In this document: positions 20,501 to 30,596 of the stretch, piece after piece
Layout of the letters: every line of letters begins with the position of its first letter
Position numbering within the stretch: the first letter of the stretch is position 1
Assembly: GCA_035564915.1 (NCBI GenBank)
Contig: DATMTH010000024.1
Span: 1,095-65,094 of the forward strand
Direction of reading: 5' to 3'
From: Rhodanobacter sp.
Lineage (GTDB): Bacteria > Pseudomonadota > Gammaproteobacteria > Xanthomonadales > Rhodanobacteraceae
Length of the DNA: 64,000 bases
Notes under the pieces: model-generated
What the model was told of the DNA's origin: nothing
Database searches by the model: none
Seen by the model: only the letters and a program-made list of their open reading frames with translations
Position numbers and translations under genes: made by a program

Positions 20501-21352
20501 TCAATCCGCCAGTCGCGCCACCACCTTGTTCAGCAGCGCGCGCAAGCGGGCCAGTCGGCGCATGTCGCGGTGATAGCCGATCCAGGTGTCCCGCGTGGGC
20601 GGTTCTTCGCCGAGGTCGATGCGTTGCAGGCCGGCGATCGCATCGCCCAGTGGCCGCGGCAACACGGCGACCCCTGCACCGCGAACGCACATCTGCGCCT
20701 GCACGGCCCGCGCATTGCTGCGAAACGCCACGCGGGCGTGCGGCAGCATCCGTTGCAACCATGCGACGTCGGGCATGCCGCCGAGGGCGCTGTCCATGGT
20801 GATCAGTCTCGCACCTTGGCCATCGCCGGCATTGGGCAGGGGATGGTCGATGGCGGCGTAGACGCCATAAGGCAGCTGCAGGAGCTTGCGCGAGACGATG
20901 TCCGGTTCGTCGAACGGCTTGATGCGAAACGCCAGGTCAGCCTCGCGGCGCGACAGGCTGAGAAAGCGCGTGTCGGTAAGCAGCTCGATGGTGATGCGTG
21001 GATATTCCCTGGCGAATTCCGCGATGACGGGTGTCAGCACGTGCTCGGCGAACCAGTCGGAGGCGGTGATCCGCAGCATGCCGTCGAGGTGTCGTTCCTG
21101 TCCGGCGAGCTGGCGCTGGAAGGCGATCGCCTCTTCCTCGATACGCTCGGCATGGCTGAGTACGGCCGAACCTTCGTCGGTGAGCACGAAACCTTCCGGG
21201 GTACGTTGGAACAGCTTGTGTCCCACGGCATGTTCCAGCGCCTGCAGCCGTCGTCCCATGGTGGGCTGGGTCTGTCCCAGCTTGCGTGCGGCCGCGCCGA
21301 GAGTGCCTTCGCGTGCGATGGCCAGGAAGACACGCAGATCGCTCCATTCCAT
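20501..21352 (-). CDS. LysR-family transcriptional regulator
   Basis: MEWSDLRVFLAIAREGTLGAAARKLG..QPTMGRRL HTH; divergent from the dehydrogenase gene. Confidence 0.92.
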   Translation of the reverse strand: MEWSDLRVFLAIAREGTLGAAARKLGQTQPTMGRRLQALEHAVGHKLFQRTPEGFVLTDEGSAVLSHAERIEEEAIAFQRQLAGQERHLDGMLRITASDWFAEHVLTPVIAEFAREYPRITIELLTDTRFLSLSRREADLAFRIKPFDEPDIVSRKLLQLPYGVYAAIDHPLPNAGDGQGARLITMDSALGGMPDVAWLQRMLPHARVAFRSNARAVQAQMCVRGAGVAVLPRPLGDAIAGLQRIDLGEEPPTRDTWIGYHRDMRRLARLRALLNKVVARLAD

Positions 21353-21502
21353 CGCGATACCTCGTCTCGGGTTGGATCCATCCGCGCCATGGCAGGATGG
21401 ATGGTCATGCAATTATGCATGGGCTTAATGCATTTATTTTGATTTTCAAACCAAATTGACTGGCGTAGCTTGGCGTCCACTTCCTCCCCCGCCGAGTTCA
21501 CC

Positions 21503-22504
21503 ATGAACCCTTCTTCTTCCATGCAAGCCGTCGTTCTGGAAAACCACGCGGCCCCGTTTCGCCTGGCTTCGATCGCCCGGCCGGTGCCGCGGGCGGGCCA
21601 GGTGCTGGTGCGGATCATGGCCAGCGGCGTGAATCCGCTGGATCTGAAGATTCGCAGCGGTGCCGCCGAGCATGCGCGTCATCCGCTGCCCGCCATCCTC
21701 GGAATCGACCTGGCAGGCGTGGTCGTCGCGCTGGGGCCGGATGTCACCGGGTTCGTGCTGGGCGACGAGGTCTATGGCATGACCGGTGGCGTCGGCGGCG
21801 TACAAGGCTCGCTGGCCCAATATGCCGCAGTGGATGCGAGTCTGCTGGCGCTGAAACCCGCGCATTTCAGCATGCGCGAGGCGGCTTCGCTGCCGCTGGT
21901 CTTCATCACCGCGTGGGAGGGTCTGGTGGATCGTGCCCGTGTCAATGCAAGCCACACGGTGCTGGTGCAGGGCGGCGCTGGTGGTGTCGGCAGCATGGCC
22001 ATCCAGATCGCACGTGCGTTCGGCGCCCGGGTCTTCGCGACCGACGCCGCGGCACGGGCCGGCATCAGCCAGCAACTCGGCGCGACTCCGATCGACGACG
22101 GACAGATGCAGGTCGAGGACTATGTCGCCGCCCATACGGCAGGCCGCGGTTTTGATGTGGTGTACGACACCGCCGGTGGCGCGCGCCTGGATGCGTCGTT
22201 CAAGGCGGTGGCGCGATTCGGCCACGTGGTCAGTTCGCTGGGATGGGGCGCGCATGCGCTGGCACCGCTGTCGTTCCGTGCCGCGACCTATTCCGGCGTG
22301 TTTACCTTGCTGCCCTTGCTGACTGGCGAGGGCAAGACGCACCACGGAGAGATTCTTCGCGAAGGCACCCGCCTCGCCGAGGCCGGAATGATCAGGCCGC
22401 TGCTGGATTCACGCCGCTTCGGGCTGGACAGGATCGAGCACGCCTATGCGCTCATCGAGCAGCGCCAAGCCCAGGGCAAGGTCGTGATCGACATCCCCCA
22501 CTGA
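21503..22504 (+). CDS. Medium-chain (zinc-type ADH-like) NADPH:quinone oxidoreductase family protein
   Basis: VLVRIMASGVNPLD, GIDLAG, VLVQGGAGGVG, GKVVI. Confidence 0.9.
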   Translation: MNPSSSMQAVVLENHAAPFRLASIARPVPRAGQVLVRIMASGVNPLDLKIRSGAAEHARHPLPAILGIDLAGVVVALGPDVTGFVLGDEVYGMTGGVGGVQGSLAQYAAVDASLLALKPAHFSMREAASLPLVFITAWEGLVDRARVNASHTVLVQGGAGGVGSMAIQIARAFGARVFATDAAARAGISQQLGATPIDDGQMQVEDYVAAHTAGRGFDVVYDTAGGARLDASFKAVARFGHVVSSLGWGAHALAPLSFRAATYSGVFTLLPLLTGEGKTHHGEILREGTRLAEAGMIRPLLDSRRFGLDRIEHAYALIEQRQAQGKVVIDIPH

Positions 22505-22631
22505 GGCGATTCCAAACGATCACATGATGGTGCCTTCGAGCCATCACCCGATCACCGTTGTTGCACACCCGGCTGTCAGTGGGCTCATCCCTACTGGTGG
22601 CCTCACTTCAAACGTCACCTGGAGAACTGTC

Positions 22632-22982
22632 ATGCTGAATTGGCTGGAATATCGCAGTGAACTGATGGGCCGTATCGGAGAGATCGGCAAACTGAGCCCT
22701 GACACCCTGGCCGGTTATCAAACCCTGTCCGGAGCCGGTCGAAAGACCGGGCATCTGGATGCAAAGACCCGGGAGTTGATTGGATTGGCCGTAGCCGTCA
22801 CTACCCGCTGCGATGGCTGCATTACCGTGCATGCGGGCGAAGCGTTGAAGCACGGCGCGACGCGCGAGGAAATTGCCGAAGCGCTGGGTGTCGCGGTGGC
22901 ACTCAACGCCGGTGCGGCCCTGGTCTATTCCGCCCGCGTCATGGATGCCGTGAGCGCCCATGCTGCCCCGGCTTCGGCGTAA
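22632..22982 (+). CDS. Carboxymuconolactone decarboxylase / AhpD family protein
   Basis: LDAKTRELIGLAVAVTTRCDGCITVH (CxxC), GATREEIAEAL; GGAGA RBS before ATG 22632. Confidence 0.9.
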   Translation: MLNWLEYRSELMGRIGEIGKLSPDTLAGYQTLSGAGRKTGHLDAKTRELIGLAVAVTTRCDGCITVHAGEALKHGATREEIAEALGVAVALNAGAALVYSARVMDAVSAHAAPASA

Positions 22983-23088
22983 ATGCCGGAGCTTCAAAAC
23001 AAGGGTGCGCCGCCTTCTCGGCATCGCCGGAGAAAACCGGAGAGGGCGACCTTGTGGCCGCCCCCTCGGGTATCGGGCTTGGAGCAGG

Positions 23089-25398
23089 CTACGACGCCTT
23101 GTTCAACATCGCCGTCAACTGGTCGAGTTGGGCGCGGTAGCCATCGATCACCTTCGCGGTGATCGCGGCATAGCGGCTGGCTTCGTCCCAGCGCCGGCCT
23201 TCCAGTGCCTCGCGCACTGCCGGCACGGTCTTGACTCCGTAACCGGTAAGCATGCCGGGCGCATAGATGAAGTGCTTGAACCACGGCCGGCCAGGCAGAC
23301 CATCGGCATCGGTCAATGCCTGCTCCATGCGAGCCATTTGCCGGTTCAACTTCATTTTCTGTGCGGCGGACAGGTCGAAGCCGCTGGCAGCACGTTTCGC
23401 ATAGGCGGCCTGGAATGCTTCGGCACTCTGCTTGAGCTTGCTGGCGGCCTGATCCAGCGGTGCCAGATCGATTGCCGGCACGTCGGAGTCGCGTGCCGGC
23501 GGGGCCACCGGGCGGGTTGGATCGGAGACGAGGGCAAATGCATGCCGGTCAAGCAGGCGATGTTGCTCGGCGGTGGCCTTGCGCGTGCTGTCGACCAGCT
23601 TGTGCAGTTGGCCCACATAGCGATCAAGCGTGGCACTGAAGTCGCCGAAGCGCAGCGGCAGCACGTTGGCGTCGGCCATGCGCAGCACGATATGCCCGGC
23701 TACCTTGGACAGTGCCACACCGTATTCGAAGGTGGGGTCGCCAAAGCGGATGTAATGGTCGAACGAGTCGTAGCGCGAATGGTAGATGCCGCCGTTGTCG
23801 TCCTCGCCACCGAAGCCGAGGTCGAGCGTGGTGATGCCCAGGTGTTCGAGGAACGCACTGTAGTCGGAGCCCGAACCCAGCGCTTCGATCGGCAGGTCGC
23901 CGCCGTCGGCAGCAAGTTTCGCGAACTCCTTGTCCTCGGGTCCGGCGTTGCTGCCGTGGCCGTCGACCAGCATCTTTGCGCGCAGGCGCTCGCCGACGCT
24001 GACATGGGTTTCCGGATCGCTGACGCCATCGGCCACCTGGTTGACCAGGTGCTGCAATGAGTGGCTGCCGCCGACGCCGAGGAAGCCGCGCCCGTTGGTG
24101 TCGGAATTGACGTACAGCACGGCCTTGGCCTTGAGCTCGCTGGCGTGTGTCTCGGCCCATTCGGTGGAGCCGAGCAGGCCCGGCTCCTCGCCGTCCCAGC
24201 TGGCATAGACCAGCGTGCGCCGCGGCCGCCAACCCTGCTTGAGCAAGCCGCCGATGGCCTTGGCTTCGTCGAGCAACGCGACGTTGCCGGCCAGCGGGTC
24301 CCACGCGCCGAAGACCCAGCCGTCATGATGGTTGCCGCGCACAACCCACTGATCGGGCGCGGTGGAACCCTTGATCATGGCGATCACGTCATAGACCGGT
24401 TTGCGGCTCCAGTCCGACAGCACGGTCATGTGCACCTTGGCCGAGCTCGGCCCGATGTGATAGGTCAGCGGCAGCGAGCCGCGCCAGCTGGCCGGTGCCA
24501 CCGGGCCGCTCAGCGACTGCAGCAGAGGCGTGGCGTCGGCGTAGGAAATCGGCAGTACCGGGATCTTCAGCAGGGTTTTCGCATCCTTGATCGCCAGTCG
24601 CTTGGCGCCGGAGGTGGACCCGTACCCGGGAGTGAGCGGATCGCCGGGGTATTGCTGCATGTCGGCGACCGAACCGCGCTGCACGCCTTCCGCCGGGCGC
24701 CAGCCCCCCTTGGGGTAGGTGTCGCCGGCGGCGTAGCCGTCGTCGTGCGGGTCGGAGTAGATCAGACAGCCGATTGCGCCGTGCTCCTGCGCCAGCTTCG
24801 GCTTCAGCCCGCGCCAGCCGCCGCCGTAGCGGGTGATGACGATCTTGCCGCGCACGTCGATGCCACGGCGGGCCAGCTCCTTGTAGTCGTCCGGCATGCC
24901 GTGATTGACGTAGACCAGGTCGGCACTGACGTCGCCGTCACCGCCGTAGACGTTGTATGGCGGCAGTGCCCCGGGAAGGCCTGAGGTGGCATCGCCGGCC
25001 ACCGGCGGTTCGTGCAGCATGGCGGTGAAGGGGTGCGGGCCGAGCAGTTCGAGTGCGACCTTTTTCGGGGTCGGATACAGCACGTCGAATGTCTCGATGT
25101 GCGCATCCCAACCCCATTCGCGGAACTTCTTCAGCATGAACTCGGCGTTGGCCTTGTCGTGCGGCGAACCGACCTGGTTCGGTTCGGACGACATCTGCTT
25201 CATCCATGCACGTTGATCGGCCGGACTGAGCTGGGCGTCGAAACGCTGCTCCAGACTGAGCTGTGCGGTGGCGTTGGCTGGCGCAAAGCCGAGCATGGCG
25301 GCTTGCTTGTCGGGCGTGACGTCACTGCCGGCAGCGGCGGCGCATGTGCCTAGCATGCAGGCCAGGATCAGCAGGGGGCGTAACTTGTTCACGGGCAT
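23089..25398 (-). CDS. Secreted M28 peptidase, glutamate carboxypeptidase II-like (PA and TfR dimerisation domains)
   Basis: Signal peptide; QRGSV, YPGDPLTPG, GNHHDGWVFGAWDP, WDGEE.GLLGSTEW, GSGSDY, YHS.YD, RPWFKH. Confidence 0.92.
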   Translation of the reverse strand: MPVNKLRPLLILACMLGTCAAAAGSDVTPDKQAAMLGFAPANATAQLSLEQRFDAQLSPADQRAWMKQMSSEPNQVGSPHDKANAEFMLKKFREWGWDAHIETFDVLYPTPKKVALELLGPHPFTAMLHEPPVAGDATSGLPGALPPYNVYGGDGDVSADLVYVNHGMPDDYKELARRGIDVRGKIVITRYGGGWRGLKPKLAQEHGAIGCLIYSDPHDDGYAAGDTYPKGGWRPAEGVQRGSVADMQQYPGDPLTPGYGSTSGAKRLAIKDAKTLLKIPVLPISYADATPLLQSLSGPVAPASWRGSLPLTYHIGPSSAKVHMTVLSDWSRKPVYDVIAMIKGSTAPDQWVVRGNHHDGWVFGAWDPLAGNVALLDEAKAIGGLLKQGWRPRRTLVYASWDGEEPGLLGSTEWAETHASELKAKAVLYVNSDTNGRGFLGVGGSHSLQHLVNQVADGVSDPETHVSVGERLRAKMLVDGHGSNAGPEDKEFAKLAADGGDLPIEALGSGSDYSAFLEHLGITTLDLGFGGEDDNGGIYHSRYDSFDHYIRFGDPTFEYGVALSKVAGHIVLRMADANVLPLRFGDFSATLDRYVGQLHKLVDSTRKATAEQHRLLDRHAFALVSDPTRPVAPPARDSDVPAIDLAPLDQAASKLKQSAEAFQAAYAKRAASGFDLSAAQKMKLNRQMARMEQALTDADGLPGRPWFKHFIYAPGMLTGYGVKTVPAVREALEGRRWDEASRYAAITAKVIDGYRAQLDQLTAMLNKAS

Positions 25399-25418
25399 GG
25401 GCCAACTCCTTCAGTGGA

Positions 25419-26804
25419 TCACGGTGGGGTGGGGGATGCGTCGGATGGTGTATTCATCGCCTTGTCCTCCGTCGGCACCGGCATCGTGATCTTCTGGAAA
25501 AAGATTTGCCGGTTGTTCTGGTCAACGATGGTCAGGTCGTATTTGCCGGGGCGGAGGTAGAGGTCACCCACGGGCGCAGCCTGGCCCTGGCGTATGCGGT
25601 CGTTCAAGGTGGGATTGAGCGGTATCGGGTCGAGCACCATGCGATCGGCCGGAATGGCATCGGCCCCCTCGCTGGCGTAGCGCGCTTCGATCATGCACGG
25701 ATAGTGATGCTCGCACCGCTCGCCACCGACGAAGTAGGGCTGACGCAGTCCGCCCAGACTGAGCCATGTCGGCCTCCCGCGGAGCATCTGCTGGGTGGGG
25801 AATATCACCGAGACATCGTAGCCGGGCCGCAGTGCCCACGGCTGCCCCGCCCGATTCTCGAACACGATGGGCGTGGTCGGATGCAGTCGATCGATGATGG
25901 CGGTGTAGTCGGGGTGGTCATCGTCCCGCAGCGGATGGGGAATGAGCATGGTCTGCTCCACCGACAAACCGTTGATGCCGGTCAGCTTGAACAGGTGTTC
26001 GGCCATCGACGAACCGCTGAGGAATTTGCCTGATTTCTGGATATGCGCGTAGCCGGCTTCGACCACCAGTCGCGCATGAGGATCGGGCTTGAATACATGG
26101 GTGTAGATGTTGCGCGCCTGCTCCGCTTCACGTGCATCGCCGGTGGCGTTCGAGAGCGCCTCGTAGCCGATGACCTTGAAACCGAGCTTCAGCGCGGTGC
26201 GTACCATTTCAGCGCTGATCGGCTCTTCGGTGTAGAACCCGCTCTTGCTGGTGGGGTAGCCGCGCGATTGCAGCTGGGTGTCGGTCTGGTAGATCGTTTC
26301 CACAGCGAAGTAGTTGAATCCCTCCTGTCGCAGCTTGCTCAGCAACTGCACGGTCAGGCTTCGGGTAAGCGGAATATTGTGGGCCTCGTTGAGGAAGACC
26401 AGTTGGTACTTGCTGGCCAGCTCGGGTATCGCCTGCAACGCGGGGCGGGCTTGCCAGCTGGCATCGGAAAGCGGCGAAGGATGATCGTCCCTGAGCGCCG
26501 GCTGGCGGATGGAGAAGCTGGCCGCGGCGTCCGGATAGTCGCCGATGAACGTCTGATACCAACTCAGGTACTGCCCGAAGATGAGTCGGAAGGCGGGCTG
26601 CTTGTCCGCGACATAGGCGTAGCGCATGACCTGGTACTGGGCCAGCAAACCCTTGTGCGTGTTCGCTTCGCGCATGATGTGTTCGGACTTGTCCGATGCG
26701 GCGATCTGCTCGGCCTGCCACTGCGAGGCGGACTGCGCGTGCAGCGACGCACCTTGCAGGGCAAGCAGGGCGGCGAACCCCAGAATGAGCGGTGGTCGTG
26801 GCAT
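25419..26804 (-). CDS. Secreted hypothetical protein, probable EreA/ChaN/TIKI-like fold
   Basis: Signal peptide; LVFLNEAHN..L..LRQEGFNYFAVE and RE..QARNI..VVEAGYAH resemble EreA/ChaN-superfamily motifs. Confidence 0.6.
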   Translation of the reverse strand: MPRPPLILGFAALLALQGASLHAQSASQWQAEQIAASDKSEHIMREANTHKGLLAQYQVMRYAYVADKQPAFRLIFGQYLSWYQTFIGDYPDAAASFSIRQPALRDDHPSPLSDASWQARPALQAIPELASKYQLVFLNEAHNIPLTRSLTVQLLSKLRQEGFNYFAVETIYQTDTQLQSRGYPTSKSGFYTEEPISAEMVRTALKLGFKVIGYEALSNATGDAREAEQARNIYTHVFKPDPHARLVVEAGYAHIQKSGKFLSGSSMAEHLFKLTGINGLSVEQTMLIPHPLRDDDHPDYTAIIDRLHPTTPIVFENRAGQPWALRPGYDVSVIFPTQQMLRGRPTWLSLGGLRQPYFVGGERCEHHYPCMIEARYASEGADAIPADRMVLDPIPLNPTLNDRIRQGQAAPVGDLYLRPGKYDLTIVDQNNRQIFFQKITMPVPTEDKAMNTPSDASPTPP

Positions 26805-27028
26805 CGGTGTCTCCGGATGAAAGGTGTCTGGACTCGCCCCAGGGATGTTTTACCAGTGTGAGCGGCTGCTGTCGCGCGGTGGCTCGGCCCGCAGTCGTTC
26901 AGCCGGCAAAGCATGTCACCGGGACCCGATGCCGGCCCTGTGCCAAGCGACACAGAGCCTGGAGCCTCAAACAGGAGCACAATCGGCAAGTTGTATCCAT
27001 CCAGGTTGTATCTCTCATGGAGAACATC

Positions 27029-27802
27029 ATGCGCCACGCCACCCTTGCCTTGCTGATTACCCTTGCACTGCCGTTGCCCGCCCTGGCCCAGGTCTCCAAC
27101 CTGCATAGCGGTGCGATCACCGCGGCCGTGGAGCGTGGGGTCGACGATCCCGCCCGTCAGGCCGACAAGCACGACGACGCCCGACGCAAAGCCGCCCTGG
27201 TGATGACCTTTGCCCAGGTCAAACCGGGCCAGAACGTACTGGAGCTGGTGCCTGGCAGTGGTTACTGGACGCGGATGTTCAGTGCCATCGTGGGGCCACA
27301 AGGCCATGTGTATACCGTATGGCCCGACGAGGCGGCGAAGTTCTCGACCAAGAGTCTGGCGAACTGGCAAAAGCTGATCACCACGCCGCACTACGCCAAC
27401 GTCAGCCTGTTGCAGCAGCCGGCGGCAAAACTGAGCGTGCCGGTGCCGGTGGATCTGGTGTTCACCTCGCAGAACTACCACGATTACCACGATCCGTTCA
27501 TGGGCCCGGTCGACATGGTCAAGTTCGACAAGCAGGTCTATGACGCGCTCAAGCCCGGCGGCCTGTTCGTGGTGATCGATCACGTGGCCCCCGCCGGTTC
27601 GGGGCTGGCCGATACCAATACCTTGCATCGTATCGATCCGGCGGTGGTCAGGCGCGAGGTCGAATCGGCCGGGTTCGTCTTCGACGGGGAAAGCAATGTG
27701 TTGCGCAATCCGGCGGACCCGCATACGGCAACCGTGTTCGACAAGTCGATACGCGGCCACACCGACCAGTTCGTCTACCGCTTTCGCAAGCCGGCGAAAT
27801 AG
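27029..27802 (+). CDS. Class I SAM-dependent methyltransferase-like protein with signal peptide
   Basis: VKPGQNVLELVPGSGYWT, QNYHD, ALKPGGLFVVIDH, LHRIDP; GGAG RBS before ATG 27029. Confidence 0.85.
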   Translation: MRHATLALLITLALPLPALAQVSNLHSGAITAAVERGVDDPARQADKHDDARRKAALVMTFAQVKPGQNVLELVPGSGYWTRMFSAIVGPQGHVYTVWPDEAAKFSTKSLANWQKLITTPHYANVSLLQQPAAKLSVPVPVDLVFTSQNYHDYHDPFMGPVDMVKFDKQVYDALKPGGLFVVIDHVAPAGSGLADTNTLHRIDPAVVRREVESAGFVFDGESNVLRNPADPHTATVFDKSIRGHTDQFVYRFRKPAK

Positions 27803-28020
27803 CCGGTGGTCGTGAGCGGCAGGCTTGCCGTCGTCATCCTTCAACAGCCGGGCGGCCGGGCTGTTTGAGTGCAACCGGCTGCACGGGTGGTGATGCGCAG
27901 GGCCTGCCGCTGCCGCTGGCGGTGACTGATGTGGTTTGCATTGCGTGGGAGATGTCTGCCACGAGGTGTCCAGACACTGCCGATGAGTGTTGGCACCAGT
28001 GACATGCACGGAGAGAAGGC

Positions 28021-28791
28021 ATGTGGAACGCAATGACCCGTGACGTCAGTCCTGCACTTGCCGACTGCGAGCTCTCCTTTGTCAGCCGCGAGCCGATCGA
28101 CGTGGCCAGGGCACAGGCGCAGCATGCCGAGTACCAGCGTGTACTGGCATCGCTGGGTTGCCGCCTGCTGCCACTCCCGGCCGAGCCGGCGTGGCCCGAT
28201 TCGGTGTTTGTCGAGGACGTGGCCATCGTGCTCGACGAGGTCGCCGTCATGACGCGGCCAGGGGCGTTGTCCCGTCGCGCCGAGGTCGACAGCGTGGCGG
28301 CGGCGTTGCGGCAGTATCGGTCGTTGCTGACGATCGAGGCCCCCGGGACGCTCGATGGCGGCGACGTGCTGCGCATCGGGCGTACGCTTTATGCAGGCCG
28401 GTCCGGTCGCAGCAATGCTGCCGGCATCAACCAGTTGCGCGAACTGCTGGCCGGTTACGACTATGCCGTCGTCGGCGTGACTACCCGAGGCTGCCTGCAT
28501 CTGAAATCGGCGGTGACCGCGCTGGCTGACGATGCTGTCTTGCTGCAGCCGGAATGGGTCGAGCATGAGTGTTTTGCCGGCTTTCGCGTGATCGAAGTCG
28601 ATCCTTCGGAAGCCCACGCCGCAAATGTGCTGCGTATCGGGGATGCGTTGATCATGCCCTCCAACTTCCCGCGAACGCGGAAGCGCCTGGTCGATGCCGG
28701 GTTTCAGGTATCCACGGTCGAAGTTTCCGAACTGCAGAAAGCCGAAGGCGCGGTGACCTGTTGCAGCCTGGTGTTTCGTTCGAATCCATGA
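28021..28791 (+). CDS. Dimethylarginine dimethylaminohydrolase (amidinotransferase superfamily)
   Basis: PDSVFVED, LDGGDVL, LHLKS, C-terminal KAEGAVTCCS. Confidence 0.9.
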   Translation: MWNAMTRDVSPALADCELSFVSREPIDVARAQAQHAEYQRVLASLGCRLLPLPAEPAWPDSVFVEDVAIVLDEVAVMTRPGALSRRAEVDSVAAALRQYRSLLTIEAPGTLDGGDVLRIGRTLYAGRSGRSNAAGINQLRELLAGYDYAVVGVTTRGCLHLKSAVTALADDAVLLQPEWVEHECFAGFRVIEVDPSEAHAANVLRIGDALIMPSNFPRTRKRLVDAGFQVSTVEVSELQKAEGAVTCCSLVFRSNP

Positions 28792-28945
28792 AGCCCGCAC
28801 GATGAACGCGCTGCCGCACGCGCATTGACGGTTCGACCCGCCAACTGGACGGGTTGAGCCGGGGCATGTCCGGTGGCAGCATCGATGGCCGTGGCGGTGC
28901 AATCGTCGCAATCGGGTTTGTTGACATGACGCAAAGCACGTGGTG

Positions 28946-29137
28946 ATGGAGAAGGATCACACTTCGGCCGCCTCCGATCCGGTGGATCCGGAGCCGACGC
29001 CTCCGCCCGAGCCGGATGCTGCAGATTGCTGCGGCGAGGGTTGCGTACGTTGCGTGTATGACATCCACGACGAGGCGATGGAGCGCTATCGGATGGCGCT
29101 GGAGGCGTGGCGCAGCAGGCACCCACGGGAACCCTAG
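28946..29137 (+). CDS. Oxidoreductase-like domain small protein
   Basis: PPPEPDAADCCGEGCVRCVYDIH motif (CC-x2-GC-x2-C). Confidence 0.8.
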   Translation: MEKDHTSAASDPVDPEPTPPPEPDAADCCGEGCVRCVYDIHDEAMERYRMALEAWRSRHPREP

Positions 29138-29249
29138 TGCTGCTGGCTGCTGCAACTGGCGGAGCGAACGGCCCCATGCATGAAGGTCTAGCAGCAGCCG
29201 GGTGCGCGCGAGGTGCGACGCAATGCGATGGGCGCAGGGTGGGGCGTGC

Positions 29250-30284
29250 TCAACCGTTGCCGGCTACCGAAAAGCTGTCGCGCAGATATTGCTGACAACG
29301 ATCGATCTGTTCGGGTGTGTACAACGCGGGCTGGCTCTGGCTGAGGTCGACATCGGATGCCAGGCGTCCGTGTTCGAGCAGCAGTTGCGTCATGGCCACG
29401 CTGTCGGCCATGGACAGTGCCTTGCCCAGCGCTGTCACGGGGGGGCGACCGGATGTCAGGCAATCCTCCATGGCTTCGACGACATGGCCAGGCAACTCCC
29501 AATACTTCGCCGCGCGCAGTGACAGTTGCGCTGCCAGTCGCTCGCAATCGGCCAGGAATTCGAGTGACATGAGCTCGGTCACTTCGGGTATCAACTGATC
29601 GAGCATGCGTATGACCGCGCCTGTACCGGTGTGGCAGATGATGCCGGCAAGGTAGGCTTCGAATGGCTCGCAGCCGTTGATCTTGCCGAACCAGGCACAG
29701 GCGCTGGCGCAACGCTCGGCGTGTTCCCACAGGCGCGTACCCGCGGCATGGGTCAGCGACCCGGTGGTGGATTGCAGCAGCGGTTTCATCACGTGCTGGG
29801 CGAGCACCTGGCGCAGGCCATCCTGGCCCAGCAGGACGACCGCCTGTCTCAGGCTGGTGATGGGTTGTGCCGAGCGGTAATAGACACTGCTGGTCACGCG
29901 CATGATCTCGCCGACCATCATCGGATCGCGGCTGACGAGTTTGGCCAGTTCCTCGCCGGCCGTGTCATCGCTTCTCAGCGTGCGCAGCAACTGCGGCAGC
30001 ACGCTGGGCAATCGCGGCAAGGTCTGGATGTCGAAGCGTACGCTGAGCATTTTCAGCCGCTTCAGGATGGCTTTTTCCCCAGTCGTAATGCTTTCGATTT
30101 TCCGTGCAGGCAAGCCCAGCACGAATCGATGGAAGCGATCCTCGACCTCGGCGCGGGACATGTCCGGTCGGGCGATATCGGTTCTTGCAGACGCAGTGGT
30201 GCGACTCGCGGTGGCACGTGGGGCCTGCGCGCGATATGCAGTCTTGTCAGGGCTGCCAAAAAGGCGCTGCCACATGCTCGCCAT
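29250..30284 (-). CDS. HDOD-domain protein
   Basis: LPRLPSVLPQLL, DPMMVGEIMR..SS.YY, ITSLRQAVVLLG, LWEHA, AYLAGII. Confidence 0.88.
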   Translation of the reverse strand: MASMWQRLFGSPDKTAYRAQAPRATASRTTASARTDIARPDMSRAEVEDRFHRFVLGLPARKIESITTGEKAILKRLKMLSVRFDIQTLPRLPSVLPQLLRTLRSDDTAGEELAKLVSRDPMMVGEIMRVTSSVYYRSAQPITSLRQAVVLLGQDGLRQVLAQHVMKPLLQSTTGSLTHAAGTRLWEHAERCASACAWFGKINGCEPFEAYLAGIICHTGTGAVIRMLDQLIPEVTELMSLEFLADCERLAAQLSLRAAKYWELPGHVVEAMEDCLTSGRPPVTALGKALSMADSVAMTQLLLEHGRLASDVDLSQSQPALYTPEQIDRCQQYLRDSFSVAGNG

Positions 30285-30412
30285 ACCGTGTTTCCTTCAT
30301 TTACGCGCCCAATTCCGCGTAGCCTGTCACTGTTATCGACGTGAATGGCAGAAAATTTAGCAATGCCGCATTTTCAGGGAAAGAGTACCCGGCTGCCCGA
30401 ACGGCTGACGGC

Positions 30413-30514
30413 TCATGAGTTCTTTTTCTTTTCCTGCTTGGCGGCCTTTTTCTCCTTCATCGTCTTGGCCGGCTTTTTCTTCTCGTTCTTCTTCGAATCC
30501 ATGCCCTTGCTCAT
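30413..30514 (-). CDS. 33-aa Lys-rich small protein; not in the ORF track
   Basis: Own translation MSKGMDSKKNEKKKPAKTMKEKKAAKQEKKKNS; GGAG RBS just upstream of the ATG; explains the T/C-rich plus-strand stretch. Confidence 0.75.
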   Translation of the reverse strand: MSKGMDSKKNEKKKPAKTMKEKKAAKQEKKKNS

Positions 30515-30596
30515 GTCGTTCTCCGCGATGTGAATGGCTGCGGCCAGGCGCCGCGAGGCAAGTTTATGCTGTTCCGTGGCCGATGGGAGCGTTCGA

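Noticed and set aside
30345-30362. Possible sigma54 promoter TGGCAGAAAATTTAGCA
   Set aside because: GG-GC spacing is off by one and it points away from the neighbouring minus-strand genes
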